The notes below the pieces were generated by a model that saw only the letters and a program-made list of their open reading frames with translations, searched no databases and had not been told where the DNA came from. The translations under genes were made by a program, and so were the position numbers. A stretch of DNA of 64,000 nt. Source: an uncultured Gemmatimonadales bacterium. GTDB lineage: Bacteria > Gemmatimonadota > Gemmatimonadetes > Gemmatimonadales > GWC2-71-9. Position 1 is the first letter of the stretch; the number at the start of each line of letters is the position of its first letter. Where the stretch lies: assembly GCA_963748815.1 (NCBI GenBank), contig CAVVKJ010000019.1, positions 25,921-89,920 on the forward strand, given 5' to 3'. Positions 48,559 to 56,739 of this stretch are shown here, piece by piece.

Positions 48559-49290
48559 CTAGTAACGATCGATGTAGCTTGGGTCGTGGGCCAAGAACTG
48601 TTCGTTAAAGCGGAAGTTCGTGGCTTTGGAGTAGAACAGCAGAACATCGTGAATGTGATTGAATGTATGCGAGTCACTGCGGGCAGATGTCCGCTTCCAA
48701 ATGATCTCGTTCTGGAAATTGTCTTCCCCGAACGTCTCGTCCAATACAGCCTTCAAGTAGTGACTCTTCTTCGTATCCAGGTGCACATAGATGCTACCGT
48801 CGTCGGCAAGCAGTTCGCGGAGCAGAATGAGACGGCGCCTGAGGAATTCGATGAACTGTGCGCCGAGGACCTTGTCCCGGTAGGCCTTCTCCTTGTCCTT
48901 CATGAAGTCCTGCCGCGTGGCAAACGGCGGGTCGATATAGATGAGCTTGATCTTGCCGCGTGTGCCGAGGCGGTTCGGCCCCTGTTGGTCGGCGAGCAGC
49001 TCCCGCAAAGCAAGGAGATTGTCCCCCCATACCAGCAGATTGCGCCAGCCGTCGCCATGCGGCCTCTCAGCACAAAAGGACCGCTCCAACTGCCACGGCG
49101 CTGCCGGCGTCTGGGCCAGCACCTCCTCGCGGGACAGCTTCCCCTCATAGACCAGCCGGTACTCCTTGCCGATTTGAGAGGCGCGCCCGACGTCAGGAAA
49201 GAGGCGCTGTCGCCACTGTTCGGATAAGGGAGTCCCCGACTTGAGTAGGTTGTTGAGGTGCTGGCGCTCGGCGTCGTTCAAAGGCTTCAT
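48559..49290 (-). CDS. mod: type III DNA methyltransferase Mod, N-terminal part ending at an in-frame TAG
   Basis: ATG 49290. 'LIYIDPPFATRQDF' (motif IV DPPF, beta-class order). 'IYVHLD', 'NEIIWKR'. TAG at 48559-48561. Confidence 0.85.
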   Translation of the reverse strand: MKPLNDAERQHLNNLLKSGTPLSEQWRQRLFPDVGRASQIGKEYRLVYEGKLSREEVLAQTPAAPWQLERSFCAERPHGDGWRNLLVWGDNLLALRELLADQQGPNRLGTRGKIKLIYIDPPFATRQDFMKDKEKAYRDKVLGAQFIEFLRRRLILLRELLADDGSIYVHLDTKKSHYLKAVLDETFGEDNFQNEIIWKRTSARSDSHTFNHIHDVLLFYSKATNFRFNEQFLAHDPSYIDRY

Positions 49291-49340
49291 GGATAGTGGG
49301 TCCAGTGGTTGTTCTAGGAGTGGGGCGACCGTGGAACCGA

Positions 49341-51137
49341 CTACAACTTTCTGAAGTACTTCTTGATGCGCGCTGCCATTAACCTCCGACGTTCGACCAG
49401 GAAGCTATCATAATCCTCGGCCAAGCCATCGAATATCCCCTCCGGAATGCAGTGCTGCTCCAGGTTCTTGCGAAGGTCTTCCCTGTCGTCTAACCCTCCC
49501 AACTTGCGCTTGCCTCCAACGCATTGCTTCTCAACAGCACGGAAGTAGTCTGATGGGGGACGCGCACCAATCGCAATGTTGATTTCACTCTGCGTCACTG
49601 CAAAGTTCGCGATTTGGTTATACTTGCCGCGCTGCAATCCCTGGGCTTTTAAGTGCTTGCGTGGAAATATATGGTGCACATCGGAATGGTTCTCGATGAG
49701 ATCCTGCACGGTGATATCACGGGACAGGAACCCCAGGTCCCCCAGTTTCACTTGCGCTGCCTGGAACACCAGGAAGAAGGGGCTCCTTGTTGAGGAGGTC
49801 TCCATCTGCTGAGGGAGGAGGACATTCCAGAAGTCATCCGTGAGCGAGGAAGTCACGGTGGTGTCAACGTGCTGCTTGAGACCACGCTCGTCGATCTGCC
49901 GAATATCGGAGTCAAAGGCGGATTCCGGCGTCCCGCTGTAGCGGCCGGTCAGCATCGACATCACAAACCATTGTTTCACAAGGCGCTCGATCTCGGCGGA
50001 CTCCACCTTGTCTGCCCGACCACGCAGATAAATGATGTACGCAAAGTTGATGGCGTTTTGGCTGCCGATGAGGTCCGGGCTCACGAAACCGGCAGATCGC
50101 AGGATCATGATGAGACGCTCAAAGTGCGTCTTGTTGATGAAATTGTGCACGCCGGTGCGCAGTTTAGTGAACGATTCCTCCGCGATGGCCTCCTCGTACT
50201 GCTTCGTTTCGAAATTGCGTCCGGAGAGCAGGGCCACGAGGTCTTGAAGCTTCCCCCGCTTGAACTCGCTCGTGAAGGCCACCCTGAGCATGTCCGTGTA
50301 TGACGGGTCGTAAATGTCGTCGTTGGTGTCCTTCAGCCACCCAATTTTGGGGAAGAACTCTGATTTGGCAAACACAGGGTCACCGTTCTTGATCTTGCTA
50401 TAGAACTCGGGCGCCACTGCCAGGTGACAGAAGTAGTCAATCGCCTTGCGCAGCAGATTCCCGCCATAGGTGTCGTTGGCAGCAATTTTGGACATCGCGA
50501 AGTCGGCCTGACTCAGTTCCTTGCCGGCCGAGTTTACTCGAATGAAAATCTCTGTGACCGTTTCGATGTCGAGGTCGTCAGATAGATCGATGATGCCGAC
50601 ATGGTTATTGATGATCTTGCGAAGTGTCTCGAGCGTGGTGAAGACCGTGTCTTCGCTCATCCCGGGATTGTCCGCGGCATACGCCTTGGTGATCTGGAGA
50701 AGTTTCGCATCCGGCGCGAAGACTGCTGAGACGTCCGGAATCCAGGCCGAGTCCCGCTGAATGGCGGGATTGGACACCTCGAACAGCTCATTGCCCGGAT
50801 GGAAAGCGATCCGGATCCGCGCCGTCTCGTAATCCTTGTTGACCACTTCATAACCGAGGAGTGCCGCCATCAGGGCGGTCACCCTCTGCTGGCCATCGAT
50901 GAGGATGCGCTTGCCTGCTGACGGACTCCCGTCCTTGAGACGTACGGTGGGATTACGCCATGCGATGAGATATCCTACGGGGTATCCGCGGTAGAGCGAG
51001 TCCAACAGACCCCGAACCTGAGTCGCATCCCAGACAAATGGGCGTTGAATTTCTGGGATCGCGATCTCGCCAGACTTGACCCAAGTGAGCAGCGTGTCAA
51101 TTGGGTGCGGAGTGACTGTATATCGCTGGGTTGCCAT
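49341..51137 (-). CDS. GmrSD-like type IV restriction endonuclease (DUF262 + DUF1524)
   Basis: ATG 51137 after AAAGGGA (alternative GTG 51146). '[10 protein letters not shown]', '[11 protein letters not shown]' (DUF262 DGQQR). C-terminal '[11 protein letters not shown]...[10 protein letters not shown]' (His-Me/DUF1524). Confidence 0.85.
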   Translation of the reverse strand: MATQRYTVTPHPIDTLLTWVKSGEIAIPEIQRPFVWDATQVRGLLDSLYRGYPVGYLIAWRNPTVRLKDGSPSAGKRILIDGQQRVTALMAALLGYEVVNKDYETARIRIAFHPGNELFEVSNPAIQRDSAWIPDVSAVFAPDAKLLQITKAYAADNPGMSEDTVFTTLETLRKIINNHVGIIDLSDDLDIETVTEIFIRVNSAGKELSQADFAMSKIAANDTYGGNLLRKAIDYFCHLAVAPEFYSKIKNGDPVFAKSEFFPKIGWLKDTNDDIYDPSYTDMLRVAFTSEFKRGKLQDLVALLSGRNFETKQYEEAIAEESFTKLRTGVHNFINKTHFERLIMILRSAGFVSPDLIGSQNAINFAYIIYLRGRADKVESAEIERLVKQWFVMSMLTGRYSGTPESAFDSDIRQIDERGLKQHVDTTVTSSLTDDFWNVLLPQQMETSSTRSPFFLVFQAAQVKLGDLGFLSRDITVQDLIENHSDVHHIFPRKHLKAQGLQRGKYNQIANFAVTQSEINIAIGARPPSDYFRAVEKQCVGGKRKLGGLDDREDLRKNLEQHCIPEGIFDGLAEDYDSFLVERRRLMAARIKKYFRKL

Positions 51138-51257
51138 CGGTTTCACGTCCCTTTGTCGCGGTATTCAATGAAGGATTGTGACGCGCTGTCCTACCGTCAT
51201 GTGCACATCCGCTCAGGCATGGGTGCCCGCATCAGGCGGTCGCCGCGCAAGCCAATG

Positions 51258-53249
51258 CTACTCGAACGGGTATTGCTCTGGTACGTAATCGTACCCGCTG
51301 CACTCCCACACCCACTGTCGGCATTGCCGAGTTAGGGTGAGCCTGTCAGTGGGGTCTGGAATGAAGGCAATCTCTAAGTGGCTCTGTGTCTGCCGCACCA
51401 CGGCCAAATGGTACTTCGCCCCCATCTGGCGTGCGACGGCTTCCTCATTCGTCGTCAGGGTAAACGACTGGCCAACATAGTCGATGAGCTTTACCTCGAT
51501 GGCCATGCTTTCCCCCTGGTCTGTCCTCCCTTCTATGTCGTAACCGATATTCTCTCTGCTCACATCCTTCACTTGCCAGCCCCGAGAAGCAAGAATGTCG
51601 AGCACTTGCTGCTCGGCGCTCCGCCATTTCTTGAGGCTCACTGGACCTGCAGTAGACCTAGTGGTTTGTTGGCCAACGGCACCGACCTTCCTCGGCGGAC
51701 CCCACTCGCCGAGCAAACGGATTGCAGATGCCTCGTTGCTCATGGCGGTGAGAAGGCGAACGACCTCTCCGCTACTGCGCACCTTCTCCCTGACTTGGTC
51801 GACAAAGGTGGATGCGAGTGGCGTGCCGTGCCGCAGTGCAGTCTCCAAGGACTCAGGTCGAATGCCCGTCGGCCACAACTTCCAAGCACTCTTAAGATTC
51901 CCAGGCGCGATCTGTCTGGTAGATAGAAGGGTCGTCAAGTGCGCGACCACTTCCGCGGCGCCAGACTCAGAGGGAGCTAGGGTGACCAAAGCAGGTGCGA
52001 TGTTCTGAAAGTTTGCCTCCCTCGCACCAAGAAACCTCAGGAAGACCCTCAATCCTTCCGTGGCTTCGAGGTTGCGCGGGACTACTCTTAGACCCGCTTT
52101 GGTGGCCACAGCATAGAAATCGACCGCATTGAGCCAAGTCGGCCGCAAGTAGAGGTCATCCCAATGGTTTGCGGCATATCGTTGAATTGCAGAGTACAAC
52201 TCCGTGCGAAAGGACCGACGCTGGAGGCCAGCCATTCGGGGGTCGGCAATCGGGACCAGAGCGGCAAGCAGGCGGATGTCGCCAGAACTGAATACGCACT
52301 CGCGAACCAGGTCCACGATGAATGCCGCTGCCACGTTGATAGCTCCGGACGTCCGATCGTCCAACACCACCCGAGTGCGCGAAGGGTCGGTGCTGATGTC
52401 ACCATTCAGCTTGAAGGAAAACCCTGAAGCTTCCAACGTTGGGAGGAAGGCATGAACGACAGCCCTCCGTTCATCCAGTCGAACGATGCCCGTCGGATCG
52501 TGGACAAATCCCAAAGCAATGTCATCTCTCTCCATGATCGTCCATTGGAAAGATCCTTCCACGCTCGCCAAGCGCAGCGATCGAACCCCAGGTGCTTGAT
52601 TCTCCCGACGAATGGTGACGAGGGTGTCGATATCCCCACGCAGTTCCATCTGTCGCACGTTGCGCAGGAATAGAAGCCCAGAAGGGTCGAAGGCCGCGAA
52701 TTCTGCCTCGATTCCAGTGGCGATCAACCCGGCAAATACGAAAACGGTATTGAAGCCGTCGGCATTAAGTTTGTCGATTTCCTTGCCGAAGGGTACGCGG
52801 TCTGATGGCAGAAGCGGATGGGGAATGCGAATCAGCGGAACCCGGCTCGCTTCTGGGATGTCAAGTGCGGTACGTTCTCGTGAAAACGTGGCTGCAAGCT
52901 CTCCACTCAAGACGTGCACGGTGTGAGCGAATCCTACGACTGACTTGAAGCCGATACCGCGGAATCCAATGCAAACACCTCTTTCCTTCAAAGAGGACGC
53001 GCTGCGGCACAGGCTTTGGAAGTCATTCAGAGTGAATGAGTTGCCGTCGTTTGCTACCAGCAGGAAACCATCCGTCCGTCGAACACTGAACCTTGCCGCC
53101 CCAGCATCGTCTGCATTCTGAAGGAGCTCGACAAACGAACGCGCGTCGTAGCTCTCAGCAATGTACTGCTCCAGTCCGGCAAGATCCGAAAGCAGGCCGG
53201 GAGACTGGCGGGCCTCACTCAGTAGGCTGTCCCTGACAGTTGTGAGCAT
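51258..53249 (-). CDS. GHKL (sacsin/Hsp90-like) ATPase fused to a C-terminal DUF3883 restriction-endonuclease-like domain
   Basis: 'FVELLQNADDAGA' (N-box ExxxNAxD), 'VANDGNSF', 'GFRGIGFKSV'. C-terminal 'WRSAEQQVLDILASRGWQVKDVS..IGYDIEG...MAIEVKLI..FTLTTNEEAVA..YHLAVV'. Confidence 0.8.
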   Translation of the reverse strand: MLTTVRDSLLSEARQSPGLLSDLAGLEQYIAESYDARSFVELLQNADDAGAARFSVRRTDGFLLVANDGNSFTLNDFQSLCRSASSLKERGVCIGFRGIGFKSVVGFAHTVHVLSGELAATFSRERTALDIPEASRVPLIRIPHPLLPSDRVPFGKEIDKLNADGFNTVFVFAGLIATGIEAEFAAFDPSGLLFLRNVRQMELRGDIDTLVTIRRENQAPGVRSLRLASVEGSFQWTIMERDDIALGFVHDPTGIVRLDERRAVVHAFLPTLEASGFSFKLNGDISTDPSRTRVVLDDRTSGAINVAAAFIVDLVRECVFSSGDIRLLAALVPIADPRMAGLQRRSFRTELYSAIQRYAANHWDDLYLRPTWLNAVDFYAVATKAGLRVVPRNLEATEGLRVFLRFLGAREANFQNIAPALVTLAPSESGAAEVVAHLTTLLSTRQIAPGNLKSAWKLWPTGIRPESLETALRHGTPLASTFVDQVREKVRSSGEVVRLLTAMSNEASAIRLLGEWGPPRKVGAVGQQTTRSTAGPVSLKKWRSAEQQVLDILASRGWQVKDVSRENIGYDIEGRTDQGESMAIEVKLIDYVGQSFTLTTNEEAVARQMGAKYHLAVVRQTQSHLEIAFIPDPTDRLTLTRQCRQWVWECSGYDYVPEQYPFE

Positions 53250-53254
53250 GGATG

Positions 53255-54022
53255 TCAGTTCGGTTCGGGATAGATGCGAATGCGATGTACGGCTGAGATT
53301 TCAAGGTGGTTTATCCATATTTCGAACGTAGAGAAGAGGTTAAAACTCTCCCTATAGAACGAGTCGCTATTGATCGCCAACACACGGCCATGCGGGCCGT
53401 AGACCACCGCCTTCAAAACAGTGTCCTGCGTAAGCGTGGCGCCGTCTCTAGAATAGATTTCGCCAAGAATTGTGAGTTGGTTTGACTCTACGGATACCCG
53501 CACCGAGAGACCCTCTAGTCGAATACCGAGTTGCTCCTCAAGTACTTCTAGTCGTTCGATATGTTCGAGCAATCGGTCTGCTAATTGGCTTTCGGATAGT
53601 GGGAGGTCCTCGACTTGCGTCATTGCAAGCTTCCAACCCTCATCGGCAGGAAGATCGGGGTCGATACAGTCGAACCGCATTGCGATCTTCTTGCCAGAAT
53701 GCGGCACGCTAGCATGGCAGTACAGCGCGTCGCCGATGCAGATCTCCTGAAGGTGGCGCCGATAGAAGACCAGCCCACACTTCCTACTGGCATTGGGAAG
53801 GATCGTTTCCGATTCGACCAGGTAGCCCGTCAACCAAATGCTCTGAGTGAGTTGCTCGCCAGCGGCGGTGACGTACGTAGCCTTGGAAACCTCTATTCCC
53901 CTAGGCACGGAAGCGAAATTTCTAATCGCGAGGTAGAAGAGGTAGGCCTCTTCGTCGTTGTTCATCTCCGTTTCCTCAATCGAGGAGATCTGGAATTGGA
54001 AACCGACGAGATCAGATGTCAT
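53255..54022 (-). CDS. hypothetical protein, no recognisable domain; first gene of the island
   Basis: 255 aa. Its stop TGA (53255-53257) lies 5 nt before the ATG of the GHKL gene. Two beta-rich halves are joined by the helical 'SESQLADRLLEHIERLEVLEEQLGIRLE'. A+T-rich codon usage like the rest of the island. Confidence 0.6.
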   Translation of the reverse strand: MTSDLVGFQFQISSIEETEMNNDEEAYLFYLAIRNFASVPRGIEVSKATYVTAAGEQLTQSIWLTGYLVESETILPNASRKCGLVFYRRHLQEICIGDALYCHASVPHSGKKIAMRFDCIDPDLPADEGWKLAMTQVEDLPLSESQLADRLLEHIERLEVLEEQLGIRLEGLSVRVSVESNQLTILGEIYSRDGATLTQDTVLKAVVYGPHGRVLAINSDSFYRESFNLFSTFEIWINHLEISAVHRIRIYPEPN

Positions 54023-54305
54023 ACCTCACACCCTGGTGCGAGCATAGTATCGGTATCACGTACCATGAAGTTGCCTCGACTGCCGACTAGACATCCAATG
54101 GAAGGACAAGATGTGGAGATGTTGACGTCAGGACTCACCTAACCATGAATGCGATCGGACCGACACGGTGGACCAAGGGTTTGTGCTTCAGCTTGGACCG
54201 AACTTCCAAATGTACCCACTGGATATACCCGCGATAGGGCAGTGTCCTGCCGTGGCGAGCGAGCTTTGCGGGGCCAGACTGCTCCCGCCTCGGCGCTTGG
54301 CCTGC

Positions 54306-54569
54306 CTACCTCGGCACCACCCTTCGCTCCCCGAACACCTCGGCGTCCGCACCGACGCACTTGTAGTCGAGCACCTCTGGAAGATCGCCGGCGTGCAGGT
54401 AGCTGGCGCCCCCGACCTGGCCGGTGGAGGAGTAGATCTCGAAGTTGACCTCGCCGTCGAGCACGAGATGGATCTGCGCCAGGTTGCTCTTCTCGCCACG
54501 GGCCACGTTGACCACCACCGCCTCGATCCGCTTCCCGATCAGATGCTGCCAGCCACCCTTGATGGACAT
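54306..54569 (-). CDS. small hypothetical protein
   Basis: ATG 54569 ('MSIKGGWQHLIGKRIEAVVVN..'). High-G+C codon usage. Downstream of the WYL genes. Confidence 0.45.
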   Translation of the reverse strand: MSIKGGWQHLIGKRIEAVVVNVARGEKSNLAQIHLVLDGEVNFEIYSSTGQVGGASYLHAGDLPEVLDYKCVGADAEVFGERRVVPR

Positions 54570-54638
54570 CCATGCCTCCAAGTCGTTTGACCTCCCTCAG
54601 GTGGCCCTGACGATACGGTGGGGGTGTGACATTCCCTG

Positions 54639-54727
54639 ACGTCCCCCCTCTCCAGGAGGGAGAGGGGTTGGGGGTGAGGGGGTACCCCCCCTCTCCGCTA
54701 GCCGGAGAGGGGGCCGGGGGGTGAGGA
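54639..54727. repeat. two adjacent family B-type palindromes
   Basis: GTCCCCCCTCTCCAGGAGGGAGAGGGGTTGGGGGTGAGGGGG and TACCCCCCCTCTCCGCTAGCCGGAGAGGGGGCCGGGGGGTGAGG. Confidence 0.8.
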
Positions 54728-54730
54728 CGA

Positions 54731-55675
54731 TCATTCCAGGATCTCCTTCAGCCCCTGCGCAATCGCCTCCCGAATTTCCTTCGGCTCCACCACCTCCGCA
54801 TCCGGGCCGTACTGCAGCACATGCCGGAGCGCCCAGTGCGGGTCGGCCAGCGGGTGCTCGAGCGTGACCGTCCCGTCGGCCTCCACCGGCACCCACTCCC
54901 GCTCCGCCACCCACCGCGCCACCCGCGCCGAGTACCGCACGGTGAGCGTCCCCACCCCCTCCGCCACGAACATCTTCCGCTCCCGCAGCACGGCATCCAC
55001 CGAAAACTCCGCCGGCACCTCGAATTCCTCGTCGGTCACCTCCACCGCGTCCATCCGGTCCAATCGGAAGAACCGCAGCCCCGTGGCCCCGTCCGCCAGC
55101 GCCACCAGGTACCAGCTCAGCTCGGCGTACACCACCGCCAGCGGCGCCGCCACCCGCGTGGCCGCCGCGTCCGCCCCGCTCTTGTGATAGGAGAACCGCA
55201 CCCGCGTCCGTTCGCGCACCGCACCACGCAGCAGCGAGAGCATCTCGAGGTCCACCGCCCCGCCCAGCGACGCCGAAAAATCCTTCTCCTGGATGTCCTG
55301 CCCCGGCAGCTTGGCGATCACCTGCCGTAGCCGCTCCCGCGCGCCGTCGATGGCCCGCGTCTCGTCCGGCGGCCGCTCGGCGCGCAGCATCGCGAGCCCC
55401 AGCTCCAGCGCGCAGAGCTCCGGCAAGGTGAGCCGCATCGGGCGGAGGAAGTGATCGGACCGTACCGCCACCTGGTCCGTCTCCAGGAAGATCTGCACCC
55501 CCTCCACGAACCCGCCCGGATCGTCGAACCGCTCGGCGAGGGACTTGAGGTCCTGCAGGAGTGTCGGGCGGTCTACCCCCGCCTGCTCCGCCACCTCGTT
55601 GATGGGATGCGAACGGTCGTCGGCCAGCGTCGGGATCAGGTGCAGGATCCGCCGGAGCTGCAGCGCCGCGCTCAT
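54731..55675 (-). CDS. HTH + WYL + WCX-domain regulator (PafC-like)
   Basis: 'VRFSYHKSGADAAATRVAAPLAVVYAELSWYLVA' WYL core. N-terminal HTH 'INEVAEQAGVDRPTLLQDLKSL'. Confidence 0.8.
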   Translation of the reverse strand: MSAALQLRRILHLIPTLADDRSHPINEVAEQAGVDRPTLLQDLKSLAERFDDPGGFVEGVQIFLETDQVAVRSDHFLRPMRLTLPELCALELGLAMLRAERPPDETRAIDGARERLRQVIAKLPGQDIQEKDFSASLGGAVDLEMLSLLRGAVRERTRVRFSYHKSGADAAATRVAAPLAVVYAELSWYLVALADGATGLRFFRLDRMDAVEVTDEEFEVPAEFSVDAVLRERKMFVAEGVGTLTVRYSARVARWVAEREWVPVEADGTVTLEHPLADPHWALRHVLQYGPDAEVVEPKEIREAIAQGLKEILE

Positions 55676-56739
55676 CGGGCGTAGATCTCCGCCGTGGCGC
55701 CGGCCATCGCGCGGTACTCGGCAATCAATTCCTTCGGCGCCACCGGCGTCGCGTCACCCGCCAACGACAAGAGCCACCGCGCGAAAGCATCCACCCGCCG
55801 CACCTGGAACTTCCGCCGGTCGGGATGATTATTGACCGGTGCGCCGAGGCGGGCGGCGGCACGCGCCGGGCCGGAGCGGCGGTCGAACTCCACCTCCGCC
55901 GTCATCGCGTGGCCGTCGCCCAGTTCCCACGCCTGCCGGGACTGTGCGTGCTTCTTCAGCGAGAACTTCTCCGGTACGGCGTAGTCCGGCGTCCCCGGTG
56001 CCTGCCCATTTGCTGCCGCTCCCGTCATCCGGCTCAACCGGAAGTTCTTGACGATCTCTTCCTCCGGCGCGCGCGCCGCCAGGTACCAGTGCCGCCCCAG
56101 GAAGAAGAGCCCCATCGGCTCGACGGTGCGCTCCGCCTCCTCGTTGCGACCCATCGATCGATACGTGAAGGTGACGCGCTTCCGCCGCTCCAGCGCCCCG
56201 GCCAGCACGTCGAAAATCTCGTCGTGATTCTCGACCGGACCCGCCACCTGCACTTCAGGCGCGCGGGACGCATCCACCGGCAGGTCGAACGCCAGCTTGC
56301 GGCACGCCGAATCGGCCAGCGCCGCCAGCTCCGGCACGCCCAGCGCCCGCACCCGCGCCGCTGCCTCGGCCACCGCCGCGAGCTCGTCCGGCTCGAACGC
56401 CAGCCCGGCCAGCGCCTTGTAGCCGTAGCGGTCCACCCGCTTCGGCGCCGTCTTTCGTCCCTCCACCACCATCGACAGATACGGCAGATAGAATTCCTTC
56501 GCCGCCAGCCGGTATCCCTCGGCCTCTCCCTCGGGCGACAGCACCGTCTCGATCGGCACGCCGAAGGCGCGGAGCTCGTCCTTGTCCCGCTCGAACATCC
56601 GCCGGAGCGCCGCCTTGCTCTGCTTCCCTGGCTGATACCCCGGCACCTCCTGCGCCAGCTCGTCAAATGAGACGGCGTACCGCCGCCTGAGGAGTGCGGC
56701 GAGCAGATCAATCCAGCGCTGGAGCTTCGGTGCAGCCAT
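55672..56739 (-). CDS. HTH + WYL-domain regulator (PafB-like)
   Basis: ATG 56739 overlaps the upstream TGA. 'VTFTYRSMGRNEEAERTVEPMGLFFLGRHWYLAA'. ATGA-type 4-nt overlap with the next WYL gene. Confidence 0.8.
   Translation of the reverse strand: MAAPKLQRWIDLLAALLRRRYAVSFDELAQEVPGYQPGKQSKAALRRMFERDKDELRAFGVPIETVLSPEGEAEGYRLAAKEFYLPYLSMVVEGRKTAPKRVDRYGYKALAGLAFEPDELAAVAEAAARVRALGVPELAALADSACRKLAFDLPVDASRAPEVQVAGPVENHDEIFDVLAGALERRKRVTFTYRSMGRNEEAERTVEPMGLFFLGRHWYLAARAPEEEIVKNFRLSRMTGAAANGQAPGTPDYAVPEKFSLKKHAQSRQAWELGDGHAMTAEVEFDRRSGPARAAARLGAPVNNHPDRRKFQVRRVDAFARWLLSLAGDATPVAPKELIAEYRAMAGATAEIYAR

Noticed and set aside
48559-48561. In-frame TAG in mod as programmed recoding (pyrrolysine or suppression)
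   Set aside because: It is a single occurrence, no pyl genes are seen, and res is also disrupted. A nonsense mutation or base error is simpler. The observation itself is kept as a finding.
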